Source: Neophaeotheca triangularis
Lineage: Eukaryota
DNA: 64,000 bases
Reading direction: 5' to 3'
Assembly: GCA_054600435.1 (NCBI GenBank)
Contig: BAAIJX010000002.1
Coordinates: 620,001 to 684,000 of the forward strand
In this document: piece after piece, positions 33,982-46,425 of the stretch
Layout of the letters: each line of letters opens with the position of its first letter
How positions within the stretch are numbered: position 1 is the first letter of the stretch
Notes under the pieces: generated by a model
Told to the model about the DNA's origin: nothing
The model's database searches: none
Seen by the model: the letters and a program-made list of their open reading frames with translations, nothing else
Position numbers and translations under genes: made by a program

Positions 33982-35434
33982 GTGGAATCGTGTTGTGTTT
34001 GAAATTCTCTATTGCGTTGCTAATGGCAATCCGCAGACCTTGATTCCACCCATGTGTATTCGTTTGATTCGTGTTGCACAAGTCTCCCAACGCTAGTCTC
34101 CTGGATCCGTTCAAGCCCCCGCCGTACGAGCGGGCAGGAAGATCTACGCCACGCATTATGCCTTGTTTGGCCTCCGAGATCGAGACATCTCGGCAACGTC
34201 CCACTCGCAGACCGCGTTGCAATACAACGGCTTCAATGGCTCATGAAGTCCTAAACAAAGGTCAGCCGATGGTGAAGGGGTCGCGCGAGTGTGGCACGCC
34301 ACGAAGGAAGCAGCCAAGGACGGCCGGGGAAAGAGGGCAAGAAGACAGTCTGAAACGATTTTGTGGCATATTGCGAAGGTAGCCGCGGTGGTGAGCAATG
34401 TAGTGCAAGGGGCCGTACGCATGTACAAAAGAAGCACGGAAGCGGCGGTTCTGCTCCAGTCATGACATGTACAATAACAGCCAAAGACTTGTCCGCAGGA
34501 GTCAGCGCACGAGGCGCGAGTCAGTGGCCTTAGTCAGTAAGACTTTCCCGTCGACCTCAGGTCTCCCGGATTGGCCACGAAGCAGACGGCGCTAGGCAGA
34601 CGCTGGCCAGCGGACGTGGTTTTGTTGGGTGTATAGTTCACATTAACACTGAGTTTTGGCACCCTTTACTCGATTTTCGTTCGCATAGGCCGTGACTGGA
34701 ACGCTCGCTTCTAGACATCGTGAGGTAAGATTTGGCTTGCTCGTGTCTTGATTGTTGTGGATTCTGCTCTTCCGGTGAGCGCGTGCAAAAGTTCCGGGAC
34801 TAGAAAGGGCGACATGAGTATGTTTGTGGTGGCATATTGACTGCGGAACGCTTAGCTCCGACGAGTGGCCATGGCCCGATTGCAAAGCATCTCGTTTAGG
34901 GGGCTTCTAAAGCCGAGTCGTACTTTGGAAGCATATTGTAGAGAGTGTTGTCCTGGAGCAAACTTCACTTACCATATCCGAGCTCTCTCATTGGCTGATA
35001 ACTTCCAACGCTAGCTAGCGGCTGCTCAATTTTTTACTACCCAAGATTCACCACCCTTCAGGATGATGCATCTCCATCAATCTTAGCCCGTTTCGTGTCA
35101 AGTTTCGGCGCTGATGGTTCTCATGACCTCTTGGTTGATCGTATTGCTGGAATAGATGCTGATGATTGTGTGACGACCGATATTGGCTGGAATGGAGAAG
35201 GCTAGAGAAAGCGTGCTTAAGGCCCATGTGCATGGCGACCACCTTCCGCCGTACTGGATGGTTGCTAAGGCCGCCCACATTAGTAATAAAGGTACAAGCT
35301 ACGAGGAACTTGTCTACAAAGTCACGAGTGTGCCATGAAAAAGAACCAGGACAACCTCTAATTACTGCACACTGCGCGCGATAAGCAGAAACACCTGATT
35401 GACCGAACTCCTGATGATAAACGACTAAACCAAC

Positions 35435-36415
35435 TCAAAAGCCCATGGTAACACCCTCTTCAATTGCCTCCAGCTTCTCCTTCAACTCCTCCCAAACCCT
35501 CCCCTGTAATTCCAGCCCCTCCTTCCCCTCCACCAGATCAGAACAAGCCGCGACCTTGCACGCACTCAACCACTTCCCATGCGACTCCCTCCCAGCGGCG
35601 ACACCCGCATGCACTAGAGTCCTACTTCCCTCCTCGGTACTCTTAGCCAGCACCCCTTTCAAAATCCGCATGGACAAAGCCCCCTCCGCCTCCCGCATGA
35701 GCCCCGAGTGGCAAAACCCAGGACAAAGAAAATTGACCACTACATCCCCCATCTCCTCCACCGAGCGCAAACGGCAGAGCTCCCGACAGACTAGCACTTC
35801 GAGCAGCTTGCTCGTCTCGTAGCGCCGGGCCATCGTTCTGGTCTGGGGAGCGTTCAAGCTATCCAGTATCCGCGCCTCCTCGCGTTCGGGTAGTTGCGCC
35901 AAAAAGTGCATTTCCGACGAGACGATGGAGAGATGCGGCGTGGTTTTGAAACGTTCGGCGGACTGTCGGAGGATGGGCAGGAGGAGCAGGGCGAGCAAAA
36001 ACGTGGACACGACGTTCACGGTGATGGTCGACTCGTTGCCGCCGGGGCTGACGTACTGCGCTGTCGCGATGCCGGCGTTTTCGACGACGGCGTCGATGCG
36101 CGAGAGGGTTTTGCAGCGGGTTGCGAAGGCTTTGACCGAGTCGTAGGATTGGAGGTCTAGATGCCAGACTTCGAGGACGTTGGGGCGGTTTTCGGAAGTC
36201 TCGATTTCCGTTTTGGCAGCCTCGCCTTTGGGGAGAGAGCGGCTGGCTATGATTACTTTGGCGGCGTTGAGGCGGACGAAGTGGCGGGCGGCTTCTTTGC
36301 CCAAGCCAATGTTGGCGCCGGTTACGACGATGGTTTTGCCGGTGCAGTCGGTGGTGGGGATGGGTGGATGGGTGAAGAACTGGCGGTAGATCATCGACGG
36401 CCAGTTGTAGACCAT
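35435..36415 (-). CDS. Short-chain dehydrogenase/reductase (retinol-dehydrogenase-like)
   Basis: TGANIGLG cofactor motif, ENAGI, VSS, catalytic YETSK. Confidence 0.93.
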   Translation of the reverse strand: MVYNWPSMIYRQFFTHPPIPTTDCTGKTIVVTGANIGLGKEAARHFVRLNAAKVIIASRSLPKGEAAKTEIETSENRPNVLEVWHLDLQSYDSVKAFATRCKTLSRIDAVVENAGIATAQYVSPGGNESTITVNVVSTFLLALLLLPILRQSAERFKTTPHLSIVSSEMHFLAQLPEREEARILDSLNAPQTRTMARRYETSKLLEVLVCRELCRLRSVEEMGDVVVNFLCPGFCHSGLMREAEGALSMRILKGVLAKSTEEGSRTLVHAGVAAGRESHGKWLSACKVAACSDLVEGKEGLELQGRVWEELKEKLEAIEEGVTMGF

Positions 36416-37164
36416 TTTGAGAGCGGTATTGAGAAAACTGAGTGGATAGGTAGAAGGTGGGTCGATTGCACTAAACAGAATGCAGGGGAACCTCTGAGGA
36501 GCAGTGAAGTTGTCTGACGTTGGGATTGATAAGGTTATTGCGTTTCAATCGAATACCATGTTAGCTAGCTATATATGATATATGAGTATGCTTAATAATG
36601 CCATCCTGACGACTGCACGTTATTGCCTCGATGCGATACCAAGCAATGAATAGGCAACAGCATTCTCGCATCAAATTTGTACCATAACACTGATCTACCA
36701 GGAGGTGCAATGGGACAAGGAACTGGCCAGCCATTTCTCATGCTTACATGCAGTGCTTACGGCCTTAGGGTCAAACTAACCTTGATGCTCGGGGCTGACC
36801 CCGGCTTCAAGAGAAACACACTCGTTAGCTCCGGCAGGGGAGGCGTTGGCAAGTCTTCTTCCTTGCCTTTGACAGCGTTGGTCAATTGGCCGGACCAATG
36901 ATTGCCCATCTCGGTGGTGTTAGATCGGATGATGTGACCGGAGTTTGACTGAGAGTCTAAGTGAGAGTCTAAGTGAGGTGAAGTTGCTGTCCGGTTTACT
37001 AGAGCAATTACTTCGAACTCTGTCTTATCTTATCTCCGGTAGCTTGTTGATTGCAGGTGCCTCTGACCCGCCTAGAGCTCTTATAGGCACACTCCATCAT
37101 CCCACTCTGAAAAGTACAGTACCAGACGCCTTGACGAACAAACCAGCGCGTGATACTGCTCAAC

Positions 37165-37997
37165 ATGGCACTCACTCAAGATGACATGCGCGCTCTGGAC
37201 TCGCTGCGGCAACGCCTCTCCCAACTCGCGCAGTCCATCACAACACTCAAACGCGAGCTAGAAACCAGCAACACCCTTCCTACATGGTAAGTTGAGACAT
37301 TCGCACCACCTACTGATATGTGCGCCTTCTTCTCGTTCCAAAACCATCATAGCTGAAGGGTAAGTACAGGCCCTCCATCCACCAATCCTCCACTCTCCTT
37401 GCAGGCCACCTCAACAAAATCAACGATCTCTTCGCTCAACACGCCGAATTGCTCAAATCCGCGCACGCGTATCCGAGTCCCGCCTTTCCCGGTCACACTC
37501 AGGAGGGGCTGCTCAACCAGTTGTTACGCAAGAAGCTGGAACCAGGTGTTGAGGGGTGGATTGAGACGGGATTGAAAAGCGATCAGAGTGGTGTGGGCGC
37601 GAACGCGACAGGGCTGGCTGGGGTACAGAGGGGAGATAGCAGAGATCTTGCGATACATGCCCTGCAAAGCGCGGCGAGGACGCAGGAGAAGTTTCAGGAC
37701 GAGGGGTTGTGGAGCTCTGACTATACTATCGCCGAGATAGATGCCGGGTCGGATGAGATGTCGCGCATCCAAGCCGGGCTCAAACGTAGATTGGTTGGTA
37801 GGGCTGATCAGGAGAGCGAGGAAGAAGACGAGGATGAGGACTTGGAAGATGGAGAGGGAGTTGACGATTCTATGCCTAGTGCGAAAGAAAGGGATCGTGA
37901 GAAGGGCATTGATTCGACCAAGACTCCTCTGCCGCTTGAGACTATGCTAAAGTTTATCAGCACTGGGGAATTGCCGCCGGGGTATCAGGGCGTTTGA
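37165..37997 (+). CDS. MED8: Mediator subunit Med8
   Basis: MALTQDDMRALDSLRQRL..LPTW|PSIH..AYPSPAFPGHTQEGLLNQLLRKKLEP..LKFISTG. Intron 37287-37369. Confidence 0.88.
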
Positions 37998-38654
37998 GGG
38001 GAAATTGTGATGGAAGATGGGGTCCGACATATTCACAAGCAGCGTGAGCTGCACAAGAATAAGCCGAATCTAGCAACGCCTCAGACGTAATTAGAGCGTC
38101 CTGGTATTTCGCGCCTCAAGGCAAACAGACTTGATGATGCTGCATTTACTCTGTCATTCTCCGAAGCGCATTCAAGCCCAGTCTGACTGGCGTTCGCGAT
38201 CCGAGCTCGAAGAGGTTAGCGGATTTGGAGCTCGAGTTCTAAAGCACCTCAGGCTTGACCACCTCCCCCTCTTCGACAACGCTTCTCATGCAAATAAGAG
38301 CGCGATTACAGGTTTTCCCACTTAATCTGAATCTCGACTCGTCGGATAGTAATGGCCAGTTTCCGCGAGCTATTCCTACCTTAGCCGTGTTTGCGAGACC
38401 TCAGGCGTTAATCCTAAAAGAGATGGCATTTGCGACCTCTCGCGCAAGGCGGCTAGTCTACTGCTCGCACGTAGACAATTGTGTACCTCGTCTAAAAAAA
38501 ATTTCCACCGATCAGAAGGGAAAGACTCAACGCCTCCATCGAGGACTACTGCGTGCTCAAGTATAAAACCTTCTCTCCATCCCACTCGCAGCACCCTCAG
38601 TTCTCTCACCCTCATCAACCTCAAAGCCACCGTGCCCTCGCTCGACTCCTCGTC

Positions 38655-39428
38655 ATGACCTTCATCCACCTCCTCTTCAGACGCATTAAAGCTCAAAACA
38701 CGACTCCCACCGGCCAAGATGTGCCCGAGCCGCATCAAAACCACGCCATTGCAGCTCCACGTCAGATAACCAACGTCACCGACCCACCACCACCAGCCTA
38801 CAAAGACCGCGAACCCCACCCCTCAATCCCGGCAACAACATCCAGCACGCTCCCCCAAGCCATCGAGAACCCCAGCAAAGGAAAGACGCACCCAGCCGAC
38901 GACTCTCACGCCTCCAGCATCCGGCGGTCCCCACCCCCGTCAGCGCATAAGCAACCGCATCGCGCGTTCCCAGGCCCCAACGACACCAGCACCCCCGCTT
39001 CCCGCGCCCCTGTGATCTTTTCCCCCGATGACCCACCACCCTACACCTCCGCCCCAGCCACCCCTCCCCCTCCAATTGCATCTACGGTTCCCGTCCCCTC
39101 TGGCACTCCTGGACAGCTCGCCGCCTCCCACCCACGGCAGCTGTCAAGCATTGGTAGAAACGAGCACAGGTCCTACTGCGCGGCTAAGCGGGCTCTGAAG
39201 AGCGAGTGGAAAGAGGAGAAGAGGGTTTTGCGGGCTGGGTGGAAGGAGTCGGAGCGGGAGTTGAGGAAGAGAGGGGTGGGGAGGGGGTGCTGTGGGCGGG
39301 GAGATAGGGAGAGGGAGAGGCTCCGGGAGGCGTGGGTAAGGGAGAGGAGGGAGATGAAGGAGGGTTGGAAGCGGGAGAGGAGGGAGTTGAGAGCGAGCTG
39401 GAAGGGTTGGGGGTGTTCGAAATGCTGA
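38655..39428 (+). CDS. Hypothetical Pro-rich protein with two PPxY motifs and a basic, Trp-periodic C-terminus
   Basis: ATG at 38655 lies ~90 nt downstream of TATAAAA (38562); 257-aa open frame. Confidence 0.6.
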   Translation: MTFIHLLFRRIKAQNTTPTGQDVPEPHQNHAIAAPRQITNVTDPPPPAYKDREPHPSIPATTSSTLPQAIENPSKGKTHPADDSHASSIRRSPPPSAHKQPHRAFPGPNDTSTPASRAPVIFSPDDPPPYTSAPATPPPPIASTVPVPSGTPGQLAASHPRQLSSIGRNEHRSYCAAKRALKSEWKEEKRVLRAGWKESERELRKRGVGRGCCGRGDRERERLREAWVRERREMKEGWKRERRELRASWKGWGCSKC

Positions 39429-39597
39429 GAGGCGGCGTCTTTCCTTTTCACCTTCTCTGATGCGCGGGGCTGAGGTCGAGAGCGGGTCTTTCACGTTTGT
39501 TCGTTTCGTAGAGAGCTCCAGCCCTCCCAACTCCCTCGAAGACTACCACCCATGCCTGAGCCAAGCTATTGTATCAAGCCAGCCCCACCACCCACTC

Positions 39598-41301
39598 TTA
39601 ACGTTCTCCCGACTGCTTCGCCCCCTCTCTCTCAAATTCCAACCCCTTTTCCAACGCACTCTCGACCTGCCAGCTCAGAGTCTGCACTTCCCCATCTACT
39701 CCAATCGTAAAAACCGCCCGTCCCGCATCATCGACTAGACAACATCCCGGCCCGCTCCGCAGGTAAGCATACCAGAACTCGCCGCTGACGTGGTGGAGGG
39801 TCACGGTTACTTGCAGGGATCTGGGAGCCGTGAGGTGGAGGGCGAGGGAAGGCGGTGCTGGGGTTTGGGAGTTGGGAGTAGACGAGGGGGAGATCGTGAT
39901 GGCGCCGTAGGCGGGGTGCGTGTATGTGCCCTCGTAAGCGCGGAGAGGGAGGGAAGGAGGCACAGGTGCGGTGTGCGGGGAGAGTGCCGGGTATAGACGT
40001 TTCCGGATTGCGGCGTCTTCGAGCGCGGCGGTCTTGTCGCGGTTGAAATTGTGTGAGAAGTTGGCCATGTCGTGGCGACCGGTTTTGATCTGTCCGGAGA
40101 GGTTGGGGTCGGGGTTTGAGAGCTGATTGTCGAGGAAGTCGTCGATGAGGCGCCAGCCGATGATTTCGTAGGCCATGCTGTAGGCATTTTGCATGACGAT
40201 GACGCCCCATTCGAGGTCGGGCAGCCAGACCATTTTGGTCATGTAGCCGGCTAGCCCGCCGTTGTGTTCGAAGAGTTTTTGGCCGCGGTATGTGGTTGTT
40301 TGTAGACCTAGACCGTAGATTAGGGGGCTGTCGTAGGGACGGCGGTATTTGGGGTCTTCGGGGACGACCATGTTCTTTGCTGTCAGGGCTGAGACGGTGG
40401 CTTTGGTGATGGGGTTGCTGCTGGGGTTTGGAGGCCTGGCGTCGGATGGATGCATCATGGCGTACATCCACTTTGTATAATCCGTTACACTTGATATCAT
40501 GCCGCCTGCACCGTTTGCTTGGGGGATCGCGGAGAATGGGATCATTTCGAAGGTCTCGTTGCTTTCGTCGTACAAGTAGCCGAGCGCGATTTGAGACCCA
40601 TCGTGGGATTCGGTGTATTCTTCGGCGTCCGAGAGGGAATAAAAGGTCGACTCCATGCCCAAAGGCTCCCACAACCAGTCATGCAGGAGCTGCCCGGTTT
40701 TCTTGCTGGTGACGGTTTCTAATGCGTGGCTGGTAGCCGAGTACATCATGTTATTGTACTCCCATATTGTTCGGAAGTCGTTGTGTAGTGGCAGGTGGCG
40801 TAGGGCTCGCGTTTGATCTTTGACATTGTTCGTGCCATTGATCCAGACAAGATCATGACGGGGCAAGCCGGTACGATGGGACAGGGCATCTACAAACGTG
40901 GTGCGATTGGTCGCGAGCTCATCCTGTAGAACGAAGTCGGATCCGATTAAATCGACCAGTTTGGTAGACCAGTTGACGTCCACAAAACTCGGCTCCTGTG
41001 ACTCTACAACATGTGCAACGGCGGCACATAGGAATGACTTTGTTGTGCTTGCGGTCCAATACAATGTATCTGGCGTCGCCGGCTGTTCCTTGCTGTGGTC
41101 CGAATATCCGTAGGCTTTGCTCCAGGACTCCGTACCGCGGATGGTAGCGAGGGAGATGCCTGGCGTCGGATAATCTTTCATGATTGCGAGGACAAACTCG
41201 TCGAACTCGGAGCTGAACGGTTGCTTTGAGCTACTGTCCCGAGACGCATTCTTCTGACCGTCAACATGGTGCCATTGATGGCTTGGCTGAGAAGTAGCCA
41301 T
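39598..41301 (-). CDS. Beta-lactamase-like serine hydrolase (class C/S12 type) with C-terminal DUF3471-like region
   Basis: SxxK in ASTTKSF, LSHRTGLP, YxN in EYNNMMY, GAGGMISS, HNGG, YEGTYTHPAYG. ATG at 41301. Confidence 0.9.
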   Translation of the reverse strand: MATSQPSHQWHHVDGQKNASRDSSSKQPFSSEFDEFVLAIMKDYPTPGISLATIRGTESWSKAYGYSDHSKEQPATPDTLYWTASTTKSFLCAAVAHVVESQEPSFVDVNWSTKLVDLIGSDFVLQDELATNRTTFVDALSHRTGLPRHDLVWINGTNNVKDQTRALRHLPLHNDFRTIWEYNNMMYSATSHALETVTSKKTGQLLHDWLWEPLGMESTFYSLSDAEEYTESHDGSQIALGYLYDESNETFEMIPFSAIPQANGAGGMISSVTDYTKWMYAMMHPSDARPPNPSSNPITKATVSALTAKNMVVPEDPKYRRPYDSPLIYGLGLQTTTYRGQKLFEHNGGLAGYMTKMVWLPDLEWGVIVMQNAYSMAYEIIGWRLIDDFLDNQLSNPDPNLSGQIKTGRHDMANFSHNFNRDKTAALEDAAIRKRLYPALSPHTAPVPPSLPLRAYEGTYTHPAYGAITISPSSTPNSQTPAPPSLALHLTAPRSLQVTVTLHHVSGEFWYAYLRSGPGCCLVDDAGRAVFTIGVDGEVQTLSWQVESALEKGLEFEREGAKQSGER

Positions 41302-41900
41302 GTCGCGCGTTGATGTGAAAGAGAAGCCGCGAGGAGGAGTATAGATTGAAGAGAGATGAGGCAGGTTCAAAACCAAGTCTACTATAAGTAGTACTACTTA
41401 TCATTGTGTTGTATTGGCTGCTGCCTCCAGACATTGTATCGGCAGCTGGTGCAGCAACCTAATGCCTATTAGAAGGTCGTCAAGCTAAAATCTTACGTGC
41501 CGATAGCTGCATGGGCATTTCGCTGTAACAGGTTCTGTTCAATTATGTGAGCGGGACTGAGTACTAGTATTGGACTCGAGGCGACGTGTCATAATCGACC
41601 AGGTTGTTGGACTCTTCATTTGGTCTCTACCTGTCGAGGAAATGAAGTGTGTATAGTGTGTTACTGTTGGAGAAGGGCCTAAGGTAACGTCCACTACCTA
41701 TGTACTCGGAGATGAACCTCCAGCTCGCGGCGACCTCAGCCCACAGCCCACATATGACGTGCCTCGACTAAACATTCAGTGACCAGCCCAGCAACAGCTG
41801 TCAACACAAGCCCTTTCACTACCGACATTCGAACACACCACCTGCAACGACTACATTACCACCAACCCCTCACAACCCTCCACCAACAACAACTCCAACC

Positions 41901-42844
41901 ATGGAGTCCCTCGAACAAACCCTCCGCGACCTCCTCACCCCCCTAACCCACAACCTCCCGACCCCAGCCACAGAAGCCCTAACAACCCTCCTCGGCCCAA
42001 CCTGCTACACCTCCCTAATCCACAACCTAACCATAACCGACACTTCGTGCCTCAAACTCGCCATTTCCAAAACCCTCGGCATCGCCATCATAGCCGCGAG
42101 CGCCGTAGTCAAAATCCCGCAATTGCTCAAACTGCTGAACTCACAATCGGCCGCGGGCGTCAGCTTCTTGGCCTACCTGCTCGAGACCTGCAGCTACTTG
42201 ATCAGTCTGGCGTATAATGCGCGCAAGGGCTTTCCCTTCAGCACGTACGGTGAGACGGCGTTGATTGCCGTGCAGAATGTCGCGATTGCCGTCTTGGTGC
42301 TGCGGTACAGTGGCATGAGCGCGGGTGCGGGAGTTTTTGTCGCCGGCTTGCTGGCTGCGGGTTATGCGTTGTTTAGTGAGGAGGTGGTTGGCATGGGCTT
42401 GCTGCAGTATTTGCAGGCTGGTGCTGGGTTGTTGGGGGTCGCGAGCAAGTTGCCGCAGATTGTGGCTATTGCGAGACAAGGCGGGACGGGGCAGTTGTCT
42501 GCTTTTGCGGTAAGGGTGGATGTGAAAGCTGCCTTGGGGTTGGGAGTTTTGCTGACTGTTTGTGATTGTAGGTTTTCAACTACCTGTTTGGTTCGCTGTC
42601 GAGGATTTTCACAACGTTGCAGGAGGTGGACGATAGGCTTATTCTTGGGGGTTTCGTGGCTGGGTTCGCTCTCAATGCTGTTTTGGCTGTGCAAATGGTC
42701 TACTATTGGAACAGCTCGAGTAGTAAGGAGACTCCACAGACGAAGCTTGAGCCCAAGGGTAAGCAGGCATTGGGGGTTGCGCAGAGCAGTGGGATCGATG
42801 CAGGCAAAGCGAAGAATTCCCCGAGTACGAGGCGTAGAGGCTAG
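41901..42844 (+). CDS. MPDU1: PQ-loop protein, mannose-P-dolichol utilization defect 1 homologue
   Basis: CLKLAISKTLG, VKIPQ, FPFSTYGE, SKLPQI, GTGQLSAFA|VFNYLFGSLSRIFTTLQEVDD. Intron 42510-42571. Confidence 0.92.
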
Positions 42845-43618
42845 AATGCAACACACTCGGCTGGACTGCAGCGTTTGTGTTGTCTGGCGCGATCTCCGTT
42901 ATTTAATAAATTCTTACGTTCGTCTACGCACAGTTCCAGACGAAGGTGCCTTTTGGTGGGAGGTCCAAGATGATGATCGAGATCGTCAGGTAGGTCGGGG
43001 GAGCTCTCTCCTGTGGCAGTATCAAAGACCTGTAGGCTCACCACGAGCAACTACCTACTCTAGACGACCATAGTCTACTCTGAGAGCAGTCGCAGGGGCA
43101 TTGGAGAGTGGTCTGTATCGACAATCTGCCGTTGCGTCTCGGCACAATGGAACAAGGCCACGCCAGGCCGGGACCTCACTCACAGTCACAAGTCATCAAA
43201 CACTATAGGCTACAGCTAGGAGAAGTCACTCGTACACGGACATATATATATATACATATATATATATACACAAGTAAACAGTTCTGATGCCACAAAAGTA
43301 CCTAGGCCGTCTCATCGATACGGGGATACCTTAACGTACCTTAGCCAGACCGTCTTTGAAGCCAAGACACAGCGCGCACATGATGGATTCAGAAAAAGTA
43401 TAAAAAGGAACAAGCATTGCCGGGCCAGCACTCTGGACCAGTCGCAACGGCGGCGCGAGCTGCGAGACTCGACTAGAACCATGGGTGGCTGGCACTACTA
43501 CTGGGTGGAGTCGAGATGCTAGATACCAGTATTAGATAGGCTTTGATTGCGGACGGTAGAGTGGTGCGCAATGACGTTGTCGGGTCTGTAGAGAGAGAAC
43601 CGGAACCTTGGGAGGGGG

Positions 43619-43895
43619 TGAGAGAGAGAGAGGGAGAGAGACAGAAAGAGAGAGAGACTCCCGTCGGGACGCAGGCTAATGACGTTCCCGTCGCGCATCG
43701 CAATTCCGTTGTCCGGGGGATTTACCAGGTAGTGTTGAACTGTACTCGATGAAGTAGCGGTAGTGGGAGCTACCTACATAGGTACCCGGTACCGATACAC
43801 GTAGAGAGGTGGTTGCTGTGGTTGTGGTGTTGGTTGTGGTGTTGGTGGTGGTGTTGGTGGTGGTGTTGGTGGTGGTGTTGTCAAGTGGTGGTGGT
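43619..43895. repeat. Simple repeats upstream of PIL1: imperfect (GA)n at 43619-43656 and (GGT/TGT)n at 43809-43895
   Basis: Read directly; an additional (TA)n tract lies at 43240-43268. Confidence 0.8.
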
Positions 43896-44374
43896 GATTG
43901 ATATTATTGATGACCCCGGACGTTGATCGAATGCCGCCGTGCTCTGTTGCTTGTCTCGAGCGGCGCCGTCGATCTGTTGTTCTGGTCCAGACTCGCCTCG
44001 CTCGTGTGAAGTCGCTCATTGGGGCCCGGGGGGAACCTCAAGGGTTGCACTTGCCTTTGTGTGCGCGCACAGACACCCGCCACTGGGTCGCAGCTGCCCT
44101 GAGGTGCCCATGCACTCGCACTACTTGCGCTTGCTACGTCACCAACAATAGACCTGGCCTGTCCCGCGGCAGCGCACCACTAAAGACGAGCGGGTGAGCT
44201 CCAGCACCTCTCTCTCTCTCTACTCTCCGTCTGCTCTGCTCGTTCTCCTCAGCCACAAGTCGCAACACACACCTGTCTCTCTCCTTACTACCTACCTATC
44301 GACCTTTCCATCCTTTCCGACCAAAACTACCTGCTGTTTCACCAATCCATCCTCACAGTCAAAACACCGCCAAG

Positions 44375-45625
44375 ATGCACAGGACCTATTCTATGCGCCA
44401 GAGCAGGGCGCCGACTGCCTCTCAAATCCAAACCCCACCGCCCCCGTCTTCCTCTACCAAGGGCAACAGGTTCTTCGGCAAGGCTAACATTGGTATGTCC
44501 TGCAGCTTCTTCTTAAAACCATAACCAGCACTTCACAGACCAGCAGACCGCTAACATGCTATACCCCTCTCAGGCCACAACTTCCGCAGATCCGCGGCGG
44601 GTGCCTTTGGCCCCGACCTCGCCAAGAAGCTGTCGCAGCTGGTCAAGATGGAGAAGAACGTGATGCGCTCCATGGAGCTCGTCGGCAGAGAGCGCATGGA
44701 AGTTGCTGTAAGCTTGAAACCCCCTTCACGTCAGAGTCCGTCCAAAAGCTCACAATCACCCGCAGCAACAACTCTCCGTCTGGGGCGAGGCTTGTGATGA
44801 CGACGTTTCCGATGTCACTGACAAGCTCGGTGTGCTCATCTACGAAATTGGTGAGCTCGAGGACCAATTCGTCGACCGTTACGACCAATACCGCGTCACC
44901 ATCAAGAGCATCCGCAACATTGAGGCTTCCGTCCAGCCTAGCAGAGATCGTGAGTCGTAGCGTCCCAACAACCATGCTCCAATCCACCCCAAACTAACAT
45001 TTTCCTAGGCAAGCAAAAGATTACCGACCAGATTGCTCAGCTCAAGTACAAGGAGCCCAACAGCCCCAAGATTGTCGTTCTCGAGCAGGAGCTTGTGCGC
45101 GCTGAAGCCGAGTCCCTCGTCGCCGAAGCCCAGCTGTCCAACATCACTCGCGAGAAGCTAAAGGCCGCCTTCACCTACCAATTCGATGCGCTCCGTGAGC
45201 ACAGCGAAAAAATGGCCATTATTGCTGGTTTCGGCAAGCACTTGCTCGAGCTCGTTGATGACAACCCAGTCACCCCCGGCGAGACCCGCAACGCTTACGA
45301 CGGCTACGAGGCCAGCAAGGGCATCATTCAGGACTGCGAAGACGCGCTTACCAACTGGGTCGAGCAGAACGCCAAGGTCAAGTCTACGCTCTCCACCCGT
45401 ACCCGTACCCTCAGCCAGCGCCGCAGGAACCGCAACAACGAGCAGGGCGTTGACCTCACGGGCCAGGATGCGCCGATGGAGGGCAACCGTGAGTCTGGCC
45501 TCTGGGTGCCCGCCGGGCAGCACAAGGGCAGCGAGGAGTACGACGACGAGGACGACCTCGATGAGGACGAGACAACTAACGGCGAGGCTCGCGGTCGCGA
45601 CGAGGAGCGCCAAGTCGCTGCTTAA
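44375..45625 (+). CDS. PIL1: Eisosome BAR-domain protein Pil1/Lsp1 (PilA type)
   Basis: MHRTYSMRQSRAPTASQ, LSQLVKMEKN, WGEACDDDVSDVTDKLG, LKYKEPNSPK, EQELVRAEAESLVAEAQLSN. Introns 44493-44573, 44708-44765, 44950-45008. Confidence 0.95.
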
Positions 45626-46425
45626 GTTTGAGCGTCAACAAGAGCTAGCTTATGTGGTTTGAGAATGTCTTGCAAGGGCAGCCTCACTAGGAGCGATATA
45701 CCCGGGCGATCCAGGCGTGGCGTACGAGGTGGTAATAATCACGAAACGACGACGACAGCAAGGCAAAGCGCAAGACAGCATTGCACGGCAAACGTTTGGA
45801 ATGGCGGGGCACAGGATGAGAAATGGACTTTACGAAGTGTGCGTTTCCTGTCTTTGTGTGGGTGGGAATGGAATGATGGGTTCGTGTATCGTCGTCATGC
45901 TCTAGTTTGTGCTTAATGTCATCTTCTGACTCCTGCCATGTCCCTTGTTCTCCAACCAGTGCGTGTGCATTCCGACTGAGACGTTCGCGACCTCGGTGTT
46001 CTAGTAGTGCATCTTCGAGGAGGCAATGATAGGCCAAGCTTACTCGCAGTGATCGAAGTGGGCAAATTTGTAGACCGTCAATAACCGCATGTAGGAGCTG
46101 CTCGAAAGGTACAGTACCTACCTACCTCTTCAGGTACTGTAGATTGCGACTTCGGCCATTGGCTTCGGACTTCATCCTCGTATCTACCTGCTAATAACTA
46201 CCTTCACATCTTCACTACCCAGACATATCAAAACGACCGCGCTCAACTAGGAGCAAAGAACGTGAACAGCACTATCGACCTGGATTTGAAAAGAGTCTCC
46301 TAGGCTGCCTGCTACTCCCAAACTGGAGCCCAACCTCCAACAGGCACCCGCAAACCACACCACGCTTCCAACAACACCACCACCACCACAACCAGGAAAA
46401 AGAGGCAAAGAAAGATCAACCAAAA

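Noticed and set aside
33990..35430. Short ORFs between the glutaminyl cyclase and SDR genes
   Set aside because: No coding bias, domain or consistent splice structure was recognised.
42510..43073. C-terminal extension of the 390-aa ORF 41901..43073
   Set aside because: Read-through of the MPDU1 intron in the wrong frame; the spliced gene ends at 42844.
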